Below, piece by piece: positions 11,902-26,000 of a stretch of DNA of 64,000 nt. Source of the stretch: Squalus acanthias (taxonomy: Eukaryota); NCBI GenBank assembly GCA_030390025.1, contig JASTWF010000359.1:372001-436000 (forward strand), in the 5' to 3' direction. Positions within the stretch are counted from its first letter, which is position 1. The number at the start of each line of letters is the position of its first letter. The position numbers and the translations under genes are program-made. The notes beneath the pieces are model-generated. The model did not search any database. It was given only the letters and a program-made list of their open reading frames with translations, and was not told where the DNA came from.

Positions 11902-14068
11902 AGGGGGGTAGGGAAAAAGCAGGTAGATAAACAATGGCAAGCATTTAAAGATAGAATGACAAAATTGCAAAAATTGTTTATACCAATCTGGCATAAAAGG
12001 AAATCTAAAAAGGTGACTCAACCGTGGATAACAGGGGAAATTAGAGACAGCATAAAATCCAAAGATAGGGCGTATAAAATAGCCAAAAAACGCGCCAGAG
12101 CGGAAGATTGGGAACAGTTTAAGATAGAGCAAAGGAGGGCAAAGGGCTTAATCAAGAAGGGCAAAATAGCTTACGAAAGCAAGCTGGCGGAAAATATAAA
12201 AACTAACTCCAAAAGCTTTTATAAGTATATCAAGAGGAAAAGACTGGTGAAAACCAAAGTTGGTCCATTGCAGTCAGATACGGGGGAATATATAATGGGA
12301 AATAAGGAAATGGCAGACCAACTAAATGCATACTTTGGGTCAGTCTTTACGAAGGAAGACACAAAAAACCTCCCTGGGATATCGGGAAAAATAGGGACAT
12401 TGGCAAAGGAGGAACTGACGCAAATCAATATCTCTAAGGATATGGTGTTAAGGAAGCTAAAGGGATTGAAGGCGGACAAATCCCCAGGGCCTGATAACAT
12501 GCATCCTAGGGTACTGAAGGAGGTGGCCCTAGAGATAGCGGATGCACTAAGCATGATTTTTCAGAATTCATTAGACTCGGGAACAGTGCCCATGGATTGG
12601 AGGGTAGCTAACGTTACCCCACTATTCAAAAAGGGGGGTAGGGAAAAAGCAGGTAATTACAGACCTGTAAGCCTTACATCAGTTGTGGGCAAAATGCTGG
12701 AGTCCATCATTAAGGATGAAATAGCCGAGCACTTAGCAAATGGGGACAGGATAGGACAGAGTCAACATGGATTTACAAAGGGTAAATCGTGCTTGACTAA
12801 TCTATTGGAATTTTTTGAGGGAGTAACTGGTAAAATAGATGGGGGAGAGCCAGTAGATGTGGTGTACCTGGACTTCCAAAAGGCCTTCGATAAGGTCCCA
12901 CATAAAAGATTAGCATGGAAAATTGAAGCTCATGGGATAAAGGGGAAAGTATTGACGTGGATAGAGAACTGGCTGTCAGATAGAAAACAGAGAGTTGGAA
13001 TAAACGGCTCATTTTCTGAATGGCAGGCAGTAACAAGTGGGGTACCACAGGGATCTGTCCTGGGTCCCCAGCTGTTCACAATTTATATTAATGACCTGGA
13101 TCAGGGAGTCGAATGCAGCATTTCCAAATTTGCAGACGACACTAAACTAGGAGGGGGGGTGGGCTCAGAGGAGGAGACCAGGAAGCTCCAGAGCGATTTG
13201 GACAGACTGGGTGATTGGGCGGATAAATGGCAGATGCACTATAATGTGGACAAGTGCGAAGTTATACACCTTGGGTGCAGGAACGGGAGGGCAAATTATT
13301 ATTTAAATGGCAATAAATTGGGAGAGGGGGAAGTACAGAGAGACCTGGGTGTTCTTGTACACCAGTCACTGAAGGCGAGCATGCAGGTGCAACAGGCGGT
13401 CAAGAAGGCAAACGGTATGCTGGCCTTCATAGCAAAAGGGTTGGAATACAGGAACAGGGATACCTTGCTGCAGCTGTACAGGGCACTGGTGAGACCACAC
13501 CTCGAGTACTGTGTACAGTTTTGGTCGCCTCATCTGAGGAAAGATGTTCTTGCCATGGAGGGGGTGCAGCGGCGATTCACCAGGCTGATACCAGGAATGG
13601 CGGGATTGACCTATGAGGAGAGACTATGTAGTTTAGGGATGTACACACTGGAGTTTAGAAGATTGAGAGGGGACCTCATAGAAGTGTATAAAATTCTGAC
13701 AGGTCTAGACAGATTAGATGCAGAAGGAATGTTTCCCTTGGCGGGTGAGAACAGAACTAGAGGACATAATTTAAGGATAAGGGCTAAACCATTTAGGACA
13801 GAAATGAGGGGGAATTTCTTCACTCAGAGAGTGGTGAACCTGTGGAACTCATTGCCACAGAGGGCAGTGTACGCCAGCTCATTAAATATATTTAAGAGGG
13901 AATTAGATATATTTCTACAGGCAAAAGGGGTTAAGGGTTACGGAGAGAAGGCGGGGACGGGATACTGAATTGAAGGATCAGCCATGATCTCATTAAATGG
14001 CGGAGCAGGCTCGAAGGGCCGGATGGCCTACTCCTGCTCCTATCTTCTATGTATCTATGTATCTATGT
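11902..14068 (+). mobile_element. Young 5'-truncated CR1 LINE inserted in the satellite; 4-bp target-site duplication AATC
   Basis: Open ORF2 C-terminal portion, 3' UTR hairpin GGAGCAGG...CCTGCTCC and (TCTATGTA)3 tail. AATC at 11898-11901 and 14069-14072. Satellite phase resumes with an offset of exactly 2171 nt (2167 + 4). Confidence 0.97.
11956..13968 (+). CDS. CR1 ORF2 reverse transcriptase, N-terminally truncated (no endonuclease domain)
   Basis: 670 aa uninterrupted; motifs [60 protein letters not shown]. The frame extends upstream to about 11923 (VDKQWQAFK), so the listed ATG is internal. Confidence 0.9.
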   Translation: MTKLQKLFIPIWHKRKSKKVTQPWITGEIRDSIKSKDRAYKIAKKRARAEDWEQFKIEQRRAKGLIKKGKIAYESKLAENIKTNSKSFYKYIKRKRLVKTKVGPLQSDTGEYIMGNKEMADQLNAYFGSVFTKEDTKNLPGISGKIGTLAKEELTQINISKDMVLRKLKGLKADKSPGPDNMHPRVLKEVALEIADALSMIFQNSLDSGTVPMDWRVANVTPLFKKGGREKAGNYRPVSLTSVVGKMLESIIKDEIAEHLANGDRIGQSQHGFTKGKSCLTNLLEFFEGVTGKIDGGEPVDVVYLDFQKAFDKVPHKRLAWKIEAHGIKGKVLTWIENWLSDRKQRVGINGSFSEWQAVTSGVPQGSVLGPQLFTIYINDLDQGVECSISKFADDTKLGGGVGSEEETRKLQSDLDRLGDWADKWQMHYNVDKCEVIHLGCRNGRANYYLNGNKLGEGEVQRDLGVLVHQSLKASMQVQQAVKKANGMLAFIAKGLEYRNRDTLLQLYRALVRPHLEYCVQFWSPHLRKDVLAMEGVQRRFTRLIPGMAGLTYEERLCSLGMYTLEFRRLRGDLIEVYKILTGLDRLDAEGMFPLAGENRTRGHNLRIRAKPFRTEMRGNFFTQRVVNLWNSLPQRAVYASSLNIFKRELDIFLQAKGVKGYGEKAGTGY

Positions 14069-17000
14069 AATCTCCCACTCTAACCCATTCTTACCCACAG
14101 TCTCTCACTCTAGCCCATTCTGACACACAATCTCCCATTCTAACCCATTCTTACCCACAGTCTCTCACTCTAACCCATTCTTACCCACAGTCTCCCACTT
14201 TAACCCATTCTTACCCACAGTCTGTCACTCTAACCCATTCTTACTCACAGTCTCTCACTCTAACCCATTCTTACCCACAGTCTCCCACTCCAACCCATTC
14301 TTACCCACAGTCTCTCACTCTAACCCATTCTTACCCACAGTCTCTCACTCTAACCCATTCTTACCCACAGTCTCCCACTCTAACCCATTCTTACCCACAG
14401 TCTTCCACTCGAACCCATTCTTACCCACAGTCTCTCACTCTAACCCATTGTTACCCACAGTCTCCCACTTTAACCCATTCTTACCCACAGTCTCTCACTC
14501 TAACCCATTCGTCCTCACAAACTCTCACTCTAACACATTATTACCCACAGTCTCTCACTCTAACACATTCTTACCCACAGTTTCTCACTCTAACCCATTT
14601 TTACCCACAGTCTCTCACTCTAACCCATTCTCACCCACAGTCTCTCACACTAACCCATTCTTACACACAGTCTCTCACTCTAACCCATTCTTACCCACAG
14701 TCTCCCACTCTAACCCATTCTTCCCCACAGTCTCTCACTCTAACCCATTGTTACCCACAGTCTCGCACTTTAACCCATTCTTACCCACAGTCTCTCACTC
14801 TAGCCCATCCTTACCCACAGTCTCTCACTCTAACCCATTCTTACCCACAGTCTCCCACTCTAACCCATCCTTACCCACAGTCTCTCACTCTAACCCATTC
14901 TTACCCACAGTCTCTCACTCTAGCCCATTCTTACCCACAGTCTCTCACTCTAACCCATTCTTACCCACAGTCTCCCACTCTAACCCATTCTTACCCACAG
15001 TCTCTCACTCTAAACCATTCTTACCCACAGTCTCTCACTCTAACCCATTCTTACCCACAGTCTCTCACTCTAGCCCATTCTTACCCACAGTCTCTCACTC
15101 TAACCCATTCTTACCCACAGTCTCTCACTCTAGCCCATTCTTACCCACAGTCTCCCACTCTAACCCATTCCTACCCACAGTCTCTCACTCTAACCCATTC
15201 TTACCCACAGTCTCTCACTCTAACACATTCTTATCCACTGTCTCCCCCTCTAACCCATTCTTACCAACAGTCTCCCACTTTAACCCATTCTTACCCACAA
15301 TCTCCCACTCTAACCCATTCTTACCAACAGTCTCTCACTCTAGCCCATTCTGACACACAATCTCCCACTCGAACCCATTTTTACCCACAGTCTCTCACTC
15401 TAACCCATTCTTACCCACAGTCTCCCACTTTAACCCATTCTTACCCACAGTCTCTCACTCTAACCCATTCTTACCCACAGTCTCCCACTCTAACCCATTC
15501 TTACCAACAGTCTCCCACTTTAACCCATTCTTACCCACAATCTCCCACTCTAACCCATTCTTACCCACAGTCTCTCACTCTAGCCCATTCTGACACACAA
15601 TCTCCCATTCTAACCCATTCTTACCCACAGTCTCTCACTCTAACCCATTCTTACCCACAGTCTCCCACTTTAACCCATTCTTACCCACAGTCTGTCACTC
15701 TAACCCATTCTTACTCACAGTCTCTCACTCTAACCCATTCTTACCCACAGTCTCCCACTCCAACCCATTCTTACCCACAGTCTCTCACTCTAACCCATTC
15801 TTACCCACAGTCTCTCACTCTAACCCATTCTTACCCACAGTCTCCCACTCTAACCCATTCTTACCCACAGTCTTCCACTCGAACCCATTCTTACCCACAG
15901 TCTCTCACTCTAACCCATTGTTACCCACAGTCTCCCACTTTAACCCATTCTTACCCACAGTCTCTCACTCTAACCCATTCGTCCTCACAAACTCTCACTC
16001 TAACACATTATTACCCACAGTCTCTCACTCTAACCCATTCTTACCCACAGTCTCTCACTCTAGCCCATTCTTACCCACAGTCTCCCACTCTAACCCATTC
16101 TTACCCACAGTCTCTCACTCTAACCCATTCTTACCCACAGTCTCCCACTCTAACCCATTCTTACCCACAGTCTCTCACTCTAACCCATTCTTACCCACAG
16201 TCTCTCACTCTAACCAATTCTTACCCACAGTCTCCCACTCTAACCCATTCTTACCCACAGTCTCCCTCTCTAACCCATTCCTACCCACAGTCTCTCACTC
16301 TAACCCATTCTTACCCACAGTCTCTCACTCTAACACATTCTTATCCACTGTCTCCCCCTCTCACCCATTCTTACCAACAGTCTCCCACTTTAACCCATTC
16401 TTACCCACAATCTCCCACTCTAACCCATTCTTACCCACAGTCTCTCACTCTAGCCCATTCTGACACACAATCTCCCACTCTAACCCATTCTTACCCACAG
16501 TCTCTCACTCTAACCCATTCTTACCCACAGTCTCCCACTTTAACCCATTCTTACCCACAGTCTCTCACTCTAACCCATTCTTACTCACAGTCTCTCACTC
16601 TAACCCATTCTTACCCACAGTCTCCCACTCCAACCCATTCTTACCCACAGTCTCTCACTCTAACCCATTCTTACCCACAGTCTCTCACTCTAACCCATTC
16701 TTACCCACAGTCTCCCACTCTAACCCATTCTTACCCACAGTCTTCCACTCGAACCCATTCTTATCCACAGTCTCTCACTCTAACCCATTGTTACCCACAG
16801 TCTCGCACTTTAACCCATTCTTACCCACAGTCTCTCACTCTAGCCCATCCTTACCCACAGTCTCTCACTCTAACCCATTCTTACCCACAGTCTCCCACTC
16901 TAACCCATCCTTACCCACAGTCTCTCACTCTAACCCATTCTTACCCACAGTCTCTCACTCTAGCCCATTCTTACCCACAGTCTCTCACTCTAACCCATTC

Positions 17001-20000
17001 TTACCCACAGTCTCCCACTCTAACCCATTCTTACCCACAGTCTCTCACTCTAAACCATTCTTACCCACAGTCTCTCACTCTAACCCATTCTTACCCACAG
17101 TCTCTCACTCTAGCCCATTCTTACCCACAGTCTCTCACTCTAACCCATTCTTACCCACAGTCTCTCACTCTAGCCCATTCTTACCCACAGTCTCTCACTC
17201 TAACCCATTCTTACCCACAGTCTCCCACTCTAACCCATTCTTCCCCACAGTCTCTCACTCTAACCCATTCTTACCCACAGCCTCCCACTCTAACCCATTC
17301 TTACCCACAGTCTCTCACTCTAACCCATTCTTACCCACAGTCTCTCACTCTAACCCATTCTTACCCACAGTCTCTCACTCTAACCAATTCTTACCCACAG
17401 TCTCCCACTCTAACCCATTCTTACCCACAGTCTCCCACTCTAACCCATTCCTACCCACAGTCTCTCACTCTAACCCATTCTTACCCACAGTCTCTCACTC
17501 TAACACATTCTTATCCACAGTCTCTCACTCTAACCCATTCTTACCAACAGTCTCTCACTCTAGCCCATTCTGACACACAATCTCCCACTCGAACCCATTT
17601 TTACCCACAGTCTCTCACTCTAACCCATTCTTACCCACAGTCTCCCACTTTAACCCATTCTTACCCACAATCTCCCACTCTAACCCATTCTTACCCACAG
17701 TCTCTCACTCTAGCCCATTCTGACACACAATCTCCCATTCTAACCCATTCTTACCCACAGTCTCTCACTCTAACCCATTCTTACCCACAGTCTCCCACTT
17801 TAACCCATTCTTACCCACAGTCTGTCACTCTAACCCATTCTTACTCACAGTCTCTCACTCTAACCCATTCTTACCCACAGTCTCCCACTCCAACCCATTC
17901 TTACCCACAGTCTCTCACTCTAACCCATTCTTACCCACAGTCTCTCACTCTAACCCATTCTTACCCACAGTCTCCCACTCTAACCCATTCTTACCCACAG
18001 TCTTCCACTCGAACCCATTCTTACCCACAGTCTCTCACTCTAACCCATTGTTACCCACAGTCTCCCACTTTAACCCATTCTTACCCACAGTCTCTCACTC
18101 TAACCCATTCGTCCTCACAAACTCTCACTCTAACACATTATTACCCACAGTCTCTCACTCTAACACATTCTTACCCACAGTTTCTCACTCTAACCCATTT
18201 TTACCCACAGTCTCTCACTCTAACCCATTCTTACCCACAGTCTCTCACACTAACCCATTCTTACACACAGTCTCTCACTCTAACCCATTCTTACCCACAG
18301 TCTCCCACTCTAACCCATTCTTCCCCACAGTCTCTCACTCTAACCCATTGTTACCCACAGTCTCGCACTTTAACCCATTCTTACCCACAGTCTCTCACTC
18401 TAGCCCATCCTTACCCACAGTCTCTCACTCTAACCCATTCTTACCCACAGTCTCCCACTCTAACCCATCCTTACCCACAGTCTCTCACTCTAACCCATTC
18501 TTACCCACAGTCTCTCACTCTAGCCCATTCTTACCCACAGTCTCTCACTCTAACCCATTCTTACCCACAGTCTCCCACTCTAACCCATTCTTACCCACAG
18601 TCTCTCACTCTAAACCATTCTTACCCACAGTCTCTCACTCTAACCCATTCTTACCCACAGTCTCTCACTCTAGCCCATTCTTACCCACAGTCTCTCACTC
18701 TAACCCATTCTTACCCACAGTCTCTCACTCTAGCCCATTCTTACCCGCAGTCTCTCACTCTAACCCATTCTTACCCACAGTCTCCCACTCTAACCCATTC
18801 TTCCCCACAGTCTCTCACTCTAACCCATTCTTACCCACAGCCTCCCACTCTAACCCATTCTTACCCACAGTCTCTCACTCTAACCCATTCTTACCCACAG
18901 TCTCTCACTCTAACCCATTCTTACCCACAGTCTCTCACTCTAACCAATTCTTACCCACAGTCTCCCACTCTAACCCATTCTTACCCACAGTCTCCCACTC
19001 TAACCCATTCCTACCCACAGTCTCTCACTCTAACCCATTCTTACCCACAGTCTCTCACTCTAACACATTCTTATCCACTGTCTCCCCCTCGAACCCATTC
19101 TTACCAACAGTCTCCCACTTTAACCCATTCTTACCCACAATCTCCCACTCTAACCCATTCTTACCAACAGTCTCTCACTCTAGCCCATTCTGACACACAA
19201 TCTCCCACTCGAACCCATTTTTACCCACAGTCTCTCACTCTAACCCATTCTTACCCACAGTCTCCCACTTTAACCCATTCTTACCCACAGTCTCTCACTC
19301 TAACCCATTCTTACCCAGTCTTCCACTCTAACCCATTCTTACCAACAGTCTCCCACTTTAACCCATTCTTACCCACAATCTCCCACTCTAACCCATTCTT
19401 ACCCACAGTCTCTCACTCTAGCCCATTCTGACACACAATCTCCCATTCTAACCCATTCTTACCCACAGTCTCTCACTCTAACCCATTCTTACCCACAGTC
19501 TCCCACTTTAACCCATTCTTACCCACAGTCTGTCACTCTAACCCATTCTTACTCACAGTCTCTCACTCTAACCCATTCTTACCCACACTCTCCCACTCCA
19601 ACCCATTCTTACCCACAGTCTCTCACTCTAACCCATTCTTACCCACAGTCTCTCACTCTAACCCATTCTTACCCACAGTCTCCCACTCTAACCCATTCTT
19701 ACCCACAGTCTTCCACTCGAACCCATTCTTACCCACAGTCTCTCACTCTAACCCATTGTTACCCACAGTCTCCCACTTTAACCCATTCTTACCCACAGTC
19801 TCTCACTCTAACCCATTCGTCCTCACAAACTCTCACTCTAACACATTATTACCCACAGTCTCTCACTCTAACCCATTCTTACCCACAGTCTCTCACTCTA
19901 GCCCATTCTTACCCACAGTCTCCCACTCTAACCCATTCTTACCCACAGTCTCTCACTCTAACCCATTCTTACCCACAGTCTCCCACTCTAACCCATTCTT

Positions 20001-23000
20001 ACCCACAGTCTCTCACTCTAACCCATTCTTACCCACAGTCTCTCACTCTAACCAATTCTTACCCACAGTCTCCCACTCTAACCCATTCTTACCCACAGTC
20101 TCCCTCTCTAACCCATTCCTACCCACAGTCTCTCACTCTAACCCATTCTTACCCACAGTCTCTCACTCTAACACATTCTTATCCACTGTCTCCCCCTCTC
20201 ACCCATTCTTACCAACAGTCTCCCACTTTAACCCATTCTTACCCACAATCTCCCACTCTAACCCATTCTTACCCACAGTCTCTCACTCTAGCCCATTCTG
20301 ACACACAATCTCCCACTCTAACCCATTCTTACCCACAGTCTCTCACTCTAACCCATTCTTACCCACAGTCGCCCACTTTAACCCATTCTTACCCACAGTC
20401 TCTCACTCTAACCCATTCTTACTCACAGTCTCTCACTCTAACCCATTCTTACCCACAGTCTCCCACTCCAACCCATTCTTACCCACAGTCTCTCACTCTA
20501 ACCCATTCTTACCCACAGTCTCTCACTCTAACCCATTCTTACCCACAGTCTCCCACTCTAACCCATTCTTACCCACAGTCTTCCACTCGAACCCATTCTT
20601 ATCCACAGTCTCTCACTCTAACCCATTGTTACCCACAGTCTCGCACTTTAACCCATTCTTACCCACAGTCTCTCACTCTAGCCCATCCTTACCCACAGTC
20701 TCTCACTCTAACCCATTCTTACCCACAGTCTCCCACTCTAACCCATCCTTACCCACAGTCTCTCACTCTAACCCATTCTTACCCACAGTCTCTCACTCTA
20801 GCCCATTCTTACCCACAGTCTCTCACTCTAACCCATTCTTACCCACAGTCTCCCACTCTAACCCATTCTTACCCACAGTCTCTCACTCTAAACCATTCTT
20901 ACCCACAGTCTCTCACTCTAACCCATTCTTACCCACAGTCTCTCACTCTAGCCCATTCTTACCCACAGTCTCTCAATCTAACCCATTCTTACCCACAGTC
21001 TCTCACTCTAGCCCATTCTTACCCACAGTCTCTCACTCTAACCCATTCTTACCCACAGTCTCCCACTCTAACCCATTCTTCCCCACAGTCTCTCACTCTA
21101 ACCCATTCTTACCCACAGCCTCCCACTCTAACCCATTCTTACCCACAGTCTCTCACTCTAACCCATTCTTACCCACAGTCTCTCACTCTAACCCATTCTT
21201 ACCCACAGTCTCTCACTCTAACCAATTCTTACCCACAGTCTCCCACTCTAACCCATTCTTACCCACAGTCTCCCACTCTAACCCATTCCTACCCACAGTC
21301 TCTCACTCTAACCCATTCTTACCCACAGTCTCTCACTCTAACACATTCTTATCCACTGTCTCCCCCTCTAACCCATTCTTACCAACAGTCTCCCACTTTA
21401 ACCCATTCTTACCCACAATCTCCCACTCTAACCCATTCTTACCAACAGTCTCTCACTCTAGCCCATTCTGACACACAATCTCCCACTCGAACCCATTTTT
21501 ACCCACAGTCTCTCACTCTAACCCATTCTTACCCACAGTCTCCCACTTGAACCCATTCTTACCCACAGTCTCTCACTCTAACCCATTCTTACCCACAGTC
21601 TCCCACTCTAACCCATTCTTACCAACAGTCTCCCACTTTAACCCATTCTTACCCACAATCTCCCACTCTAACCCATTCTTACCCACAGTCTCTCACTCTA
21701 GCCCATTCTGACACACAATCTCCCATTCTAACCCATTCTTACCCACAGTCTCTCACTCTAACCCATTCTTACCCACAGTCTCCCACTTTAACCCATTCTT
21801 ACCCACAGTCTGTCACTCTAACCCATTCTTACTCACAGTCTCTCACTCTAACCCATTCTTACCCACAGTCTCCCACTCCAACCCATTCTTACCCACAGTC
21901 TCTCACTCTAACCCATTCTTACCCACAGTCTCTCACTCTAACCCATTCTTACCCACAGTCTTCCACTCGAACCCATTCTTACCCACAGTCTCTCACTCTA
22001 ACCCATTGTTACCCACAGTCTCCCACTTTAACACATTCTTACCCACAGTCTCTCACTCTAACCCATTCGTCCTCACAAACTCTCACTCTAACACATTATT
22101 ACCCACAGTCTCTCACTCTAACACATTCTTACCCACAGTTTCTCACTCTAACCCATTTTTACCCACAGTCTCTCACTCTAACCCATTCTTACCCACAGTC
22201 TCTCACACTAACCCATTCTTACACACAGTCTCTCACTCTAACCCATTCTTATCCACTGTCTCCCCCTCTAACCCATTCTTACCCACAGTCTCCCACTCTA
22301 ACCCATTCTTACCCACAGTCTTCCACTCGAACCCATTCTTACCCACAGTCTCCCACTTTAACCCTTTCTTACCCACAGTCTCCCACTCTAACCAATTCTT
22401 ACCCACAGTCTCTCCCTCTAACCCATTCTTACCTACAGTCTCTCACTCTAACCCATTCTTACCCACAGTCTCTCACTCTAACCCATTCTTACCCACAGTC
22501 TCTCACTCTAACCCATTCTTACCCACAGTCTCTCACTCTAACCCATTCTTACTCACAGTCTCTCACTCTAACCCATTCTTACCCACAGTCTCTCACTCTA
22601 ACCCATTCTTACCCACAGTCTCTCACTCTAACCCATTCTTACCCACAGTCTCTCACTCTAACCCATTCTTACCCACAGTCTCTCACTCTAACCCATTCTT
22701 ACCCACAGTCTCTCACTCTAACCCATTCTTACCCACAGTCTCTCACTCTAACCCATTCTTATCAACAGTCTCTCACTCTAACCCATTCTTACCCACAGTC
22801 TCCCACTCTAACACATTCTTACCCACAGTCTCTCCCTCTCTAACCCATTCTTACCCACAGTCTCTCACTCTAACCCATTCTTACCCACAGTATCCCACTC
22901 TAACCCATTCTTGCACACAGTCTCTCACTCTCAACCATTCTTATCCACAGACTCTCCTACTCTAACCAATTCTTACCCACAGTCTCTCACTCTAACCCAT

Positions 23001-26000
23001 TCTTACCCACAGTCTCCACTCTAACCCATTCTTACCCACAGTCTCTCACTCTAACCCATTCTTACCCACAGTCTCTCACTCTAACCCATTCTTACCCACA
23101 GTCTCTCACTCTAGCCCATCCTTACCCACAGTCTCTCAGTCGAACCCATTCTTACCCACAGTCTCCCACTCTAACCCATCCTTACCCACAGTCTCTCACT
23201 CTAACCCATTCTTACCCACAGTCTCTCACTCTAGCCCATTCTTACCCACAGTCTCTCACTCTAACCCATTCTTACCCACAGTCTCCCACTCTAACCCATT
23301 CTTACCCACAGTCTCTCACTCTAACCCATTCTTACCCACAGTCTCTCACTCTAACCCATTCTTACCCACAGTCTCTCACTCTAGCCCATTCTTACCCACA
23401 GTCTCTCACTCTAACCCATTCTTACCCACAGTCTCTCACTCTAGCCCATTCTTACCCACAGTCTCTACCTCTAACCCATTCTTACCCACAGTCTCCCACT
23501 CTAACCCATTCTTCCCCACAGTCTCTCACTCTAACCCATTCTTACCCACAGTCTCCCACTCTAACCCATTCTTACCCACAGTCTCTCACTCTAACCCATT
23601 CTTACCCACAGTCTCTCACTCTAACCCATTCTTACCCACAGTCTCTCACTCTAGCCAATTCTTACCCACAGTCTCCCACTCTAACCCATTCTTACCAACA
23701 GTCTCCCACTCTAACCCATTCCTACCCACAGTCTCTCACTCTAACCCATTCTTACCCATAGTCTCTCACTCTAACACATTCTTATCCACTGTCTCCCCCT
23801 CTAACCCATTCTTACCAACAGTCTCCCACTTTAACCCATTCTTACCCACAATCTCCCTCTCTAACCCATTCTTACCAACAGTCTCTCACTCTAGCCCATT
23901 CTGACACACAATCTCCCACTCTAACCCATTTTTACCCACAGTCTCTCACTCTAACCCATTCTTACCCACAGTCTCCCACTTTAACCCATTCTTACCCACA
24001 GTCTCTCACTCCACCCCATTCTTACCCACAGTCTCTCCCACTCTAACCCATTCTTACCCACAGTCTCTCACTCTAACCCATTCTTACCCACAGTCTCCCA
24101 CTCTAACCCATTCTTGCACACATTCTCTCACTCTAACCCATTCTTATCCACAGACTCTCCTACTCAAACCCATTCTTACCCACAGTCTCTCACTCTAACC
24201 CATTCTTACCCACAGTCTCCCACTCTAACCCATTCTTACCCACAGTCTCTCACTCTAACCCATTCTTACCCACAGTCTCTCACTCTAACCCATTCTTACC
24301 CACAGTCTCTCACTCTAGCCCATCCTTACCCACAGTCTCTCACTCTAACCCATTCTTACCCACAGTCTCCCACTCTAACCCATCCTTACCCACAGTCTCT
24401 CACTCTAACCCATTCTTACCCACAGTCTCTCACTCTAACCCATTCTTACCCACAGTCTCCCACTCTAACCCATTCTTACCCACAGTCTCCCACTCTAACC
24501 CATCCTTACCCACAGTCTCTCACTCTAACCCATTCTTACCCACAGTCTCTCACTCGAGCCCATTCTTACCCACAGTCTCTCACTCTAACCCATTCTTACC
24601 CACAGTCTCCCACTCTAACCCATTCTTACCCACAGTCTCTCACTCTAGCCCATTCTGACACACAATCTCCCATTCTAACCCATTCTTACCCACAGTCTCT
24701 CACTCTAACCCATTCTTACCCACAGTCTCCCACTTTAACCCATTCTTACCCACAGTCTGTCACTCTAACCCATTCTTACTCACAGTCTCTCACTCTAACC
24801 CATTCTTACCCACAGTCTCCCACTCCAACCCATTCTTACCCACAGTCTCTCACTCTAACCCATTCTTACCCACAGTCTCTCACTCTAACCCATTCTTACC
24901 CACAGTCTCCCACTCTAACCCATTCTTACCCACAGTCTTCCACTCGAACCCATTCTTACCCACAGTCTCTCACTCTAACCCATTGTTACCCACAGTCTCC
25001 CACTTTAACCCCATTCTTACCCACAGTCTCTCACTCTAAACCATTCGTCCTCACAAACTCTCACTCTAACACATTATTACCCACAGTCTCTCACTCTAAC
25101 ACATTCTTACCCACAGTTTCTCACTCTAACCCATTTTTACCCACAGTCTCTCACTCTAACCCATTCTTACCCACAGTCTCTCACACTAACCCATTCTTAC
25201 ACACAGTCTCTCACTCTAACCCATTCTTATCCACTGTCTCCCCCTCTAACCCATTCTTACCCACAGTCTCCACTCTAACCCATTCTTACCCACAGTCTTC
25301 CACTCGAACCCATTCTTACCCACAGTCTCCCACTTTAACCCTTTCTTACCCACAGTCTCCCACTCTAACCCATTCTTACCCACAGTCTCTCCCTCTAACC
25401 CATTCTTACCTACAGTCTCTCACTCTAACCCATTCTTACCCACAGTCTCTCACTCTAACCCATTCTTACCCACAGTCTCTCACTCTAACCCATTCTTACC
25501 CACAGTCTCTCACTCTAACCCATTCTTACTCACAGTCTCTCACTCTAACCCATTCTTACCCACAGTCTCTCACTCTAACCCATTCTTACCCACAGTCTCT
25601 CACTCTAACCCATTCTTACCCACAGTCTCTCACTCTAACCCATTCTTACCCACAGTCTCTCACTCTAACCCATTCTTACCCACAGTCTCTCACTCTACCC
25701 ATTCTTACCCACAGTCTCTCACTCTAACCCATTCTTACCCACAGTCTCTCACTCTAACCCATTCTTACCCACAGTCTCTCACTCTAACCCATTCTTACCC
25801 ACAGTCTCCCACTCTAACCCATTCTTACCCACAGTCTCTCACTCTAACCCATTCTTACCCACAGTCTCTCACTCTAACCCATTCTTACCCACAGTCTCTC
25901 ACTCTAGCCCATTCTTACCCACAATCTCTCACTCTAACCCATTCTTACCCACAGTCTCTCACTCGAGCCCATTCTTACCCACAGTCTCTCACTCTAACCC

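Noticed and set aside
11890..13823. Short antisense ORFs within CR1 copies (also 53424-53855, 58255-58729, 59912-60910)
   Set aside because: Shadow frames of LINE ORF2 with no independent motifs.
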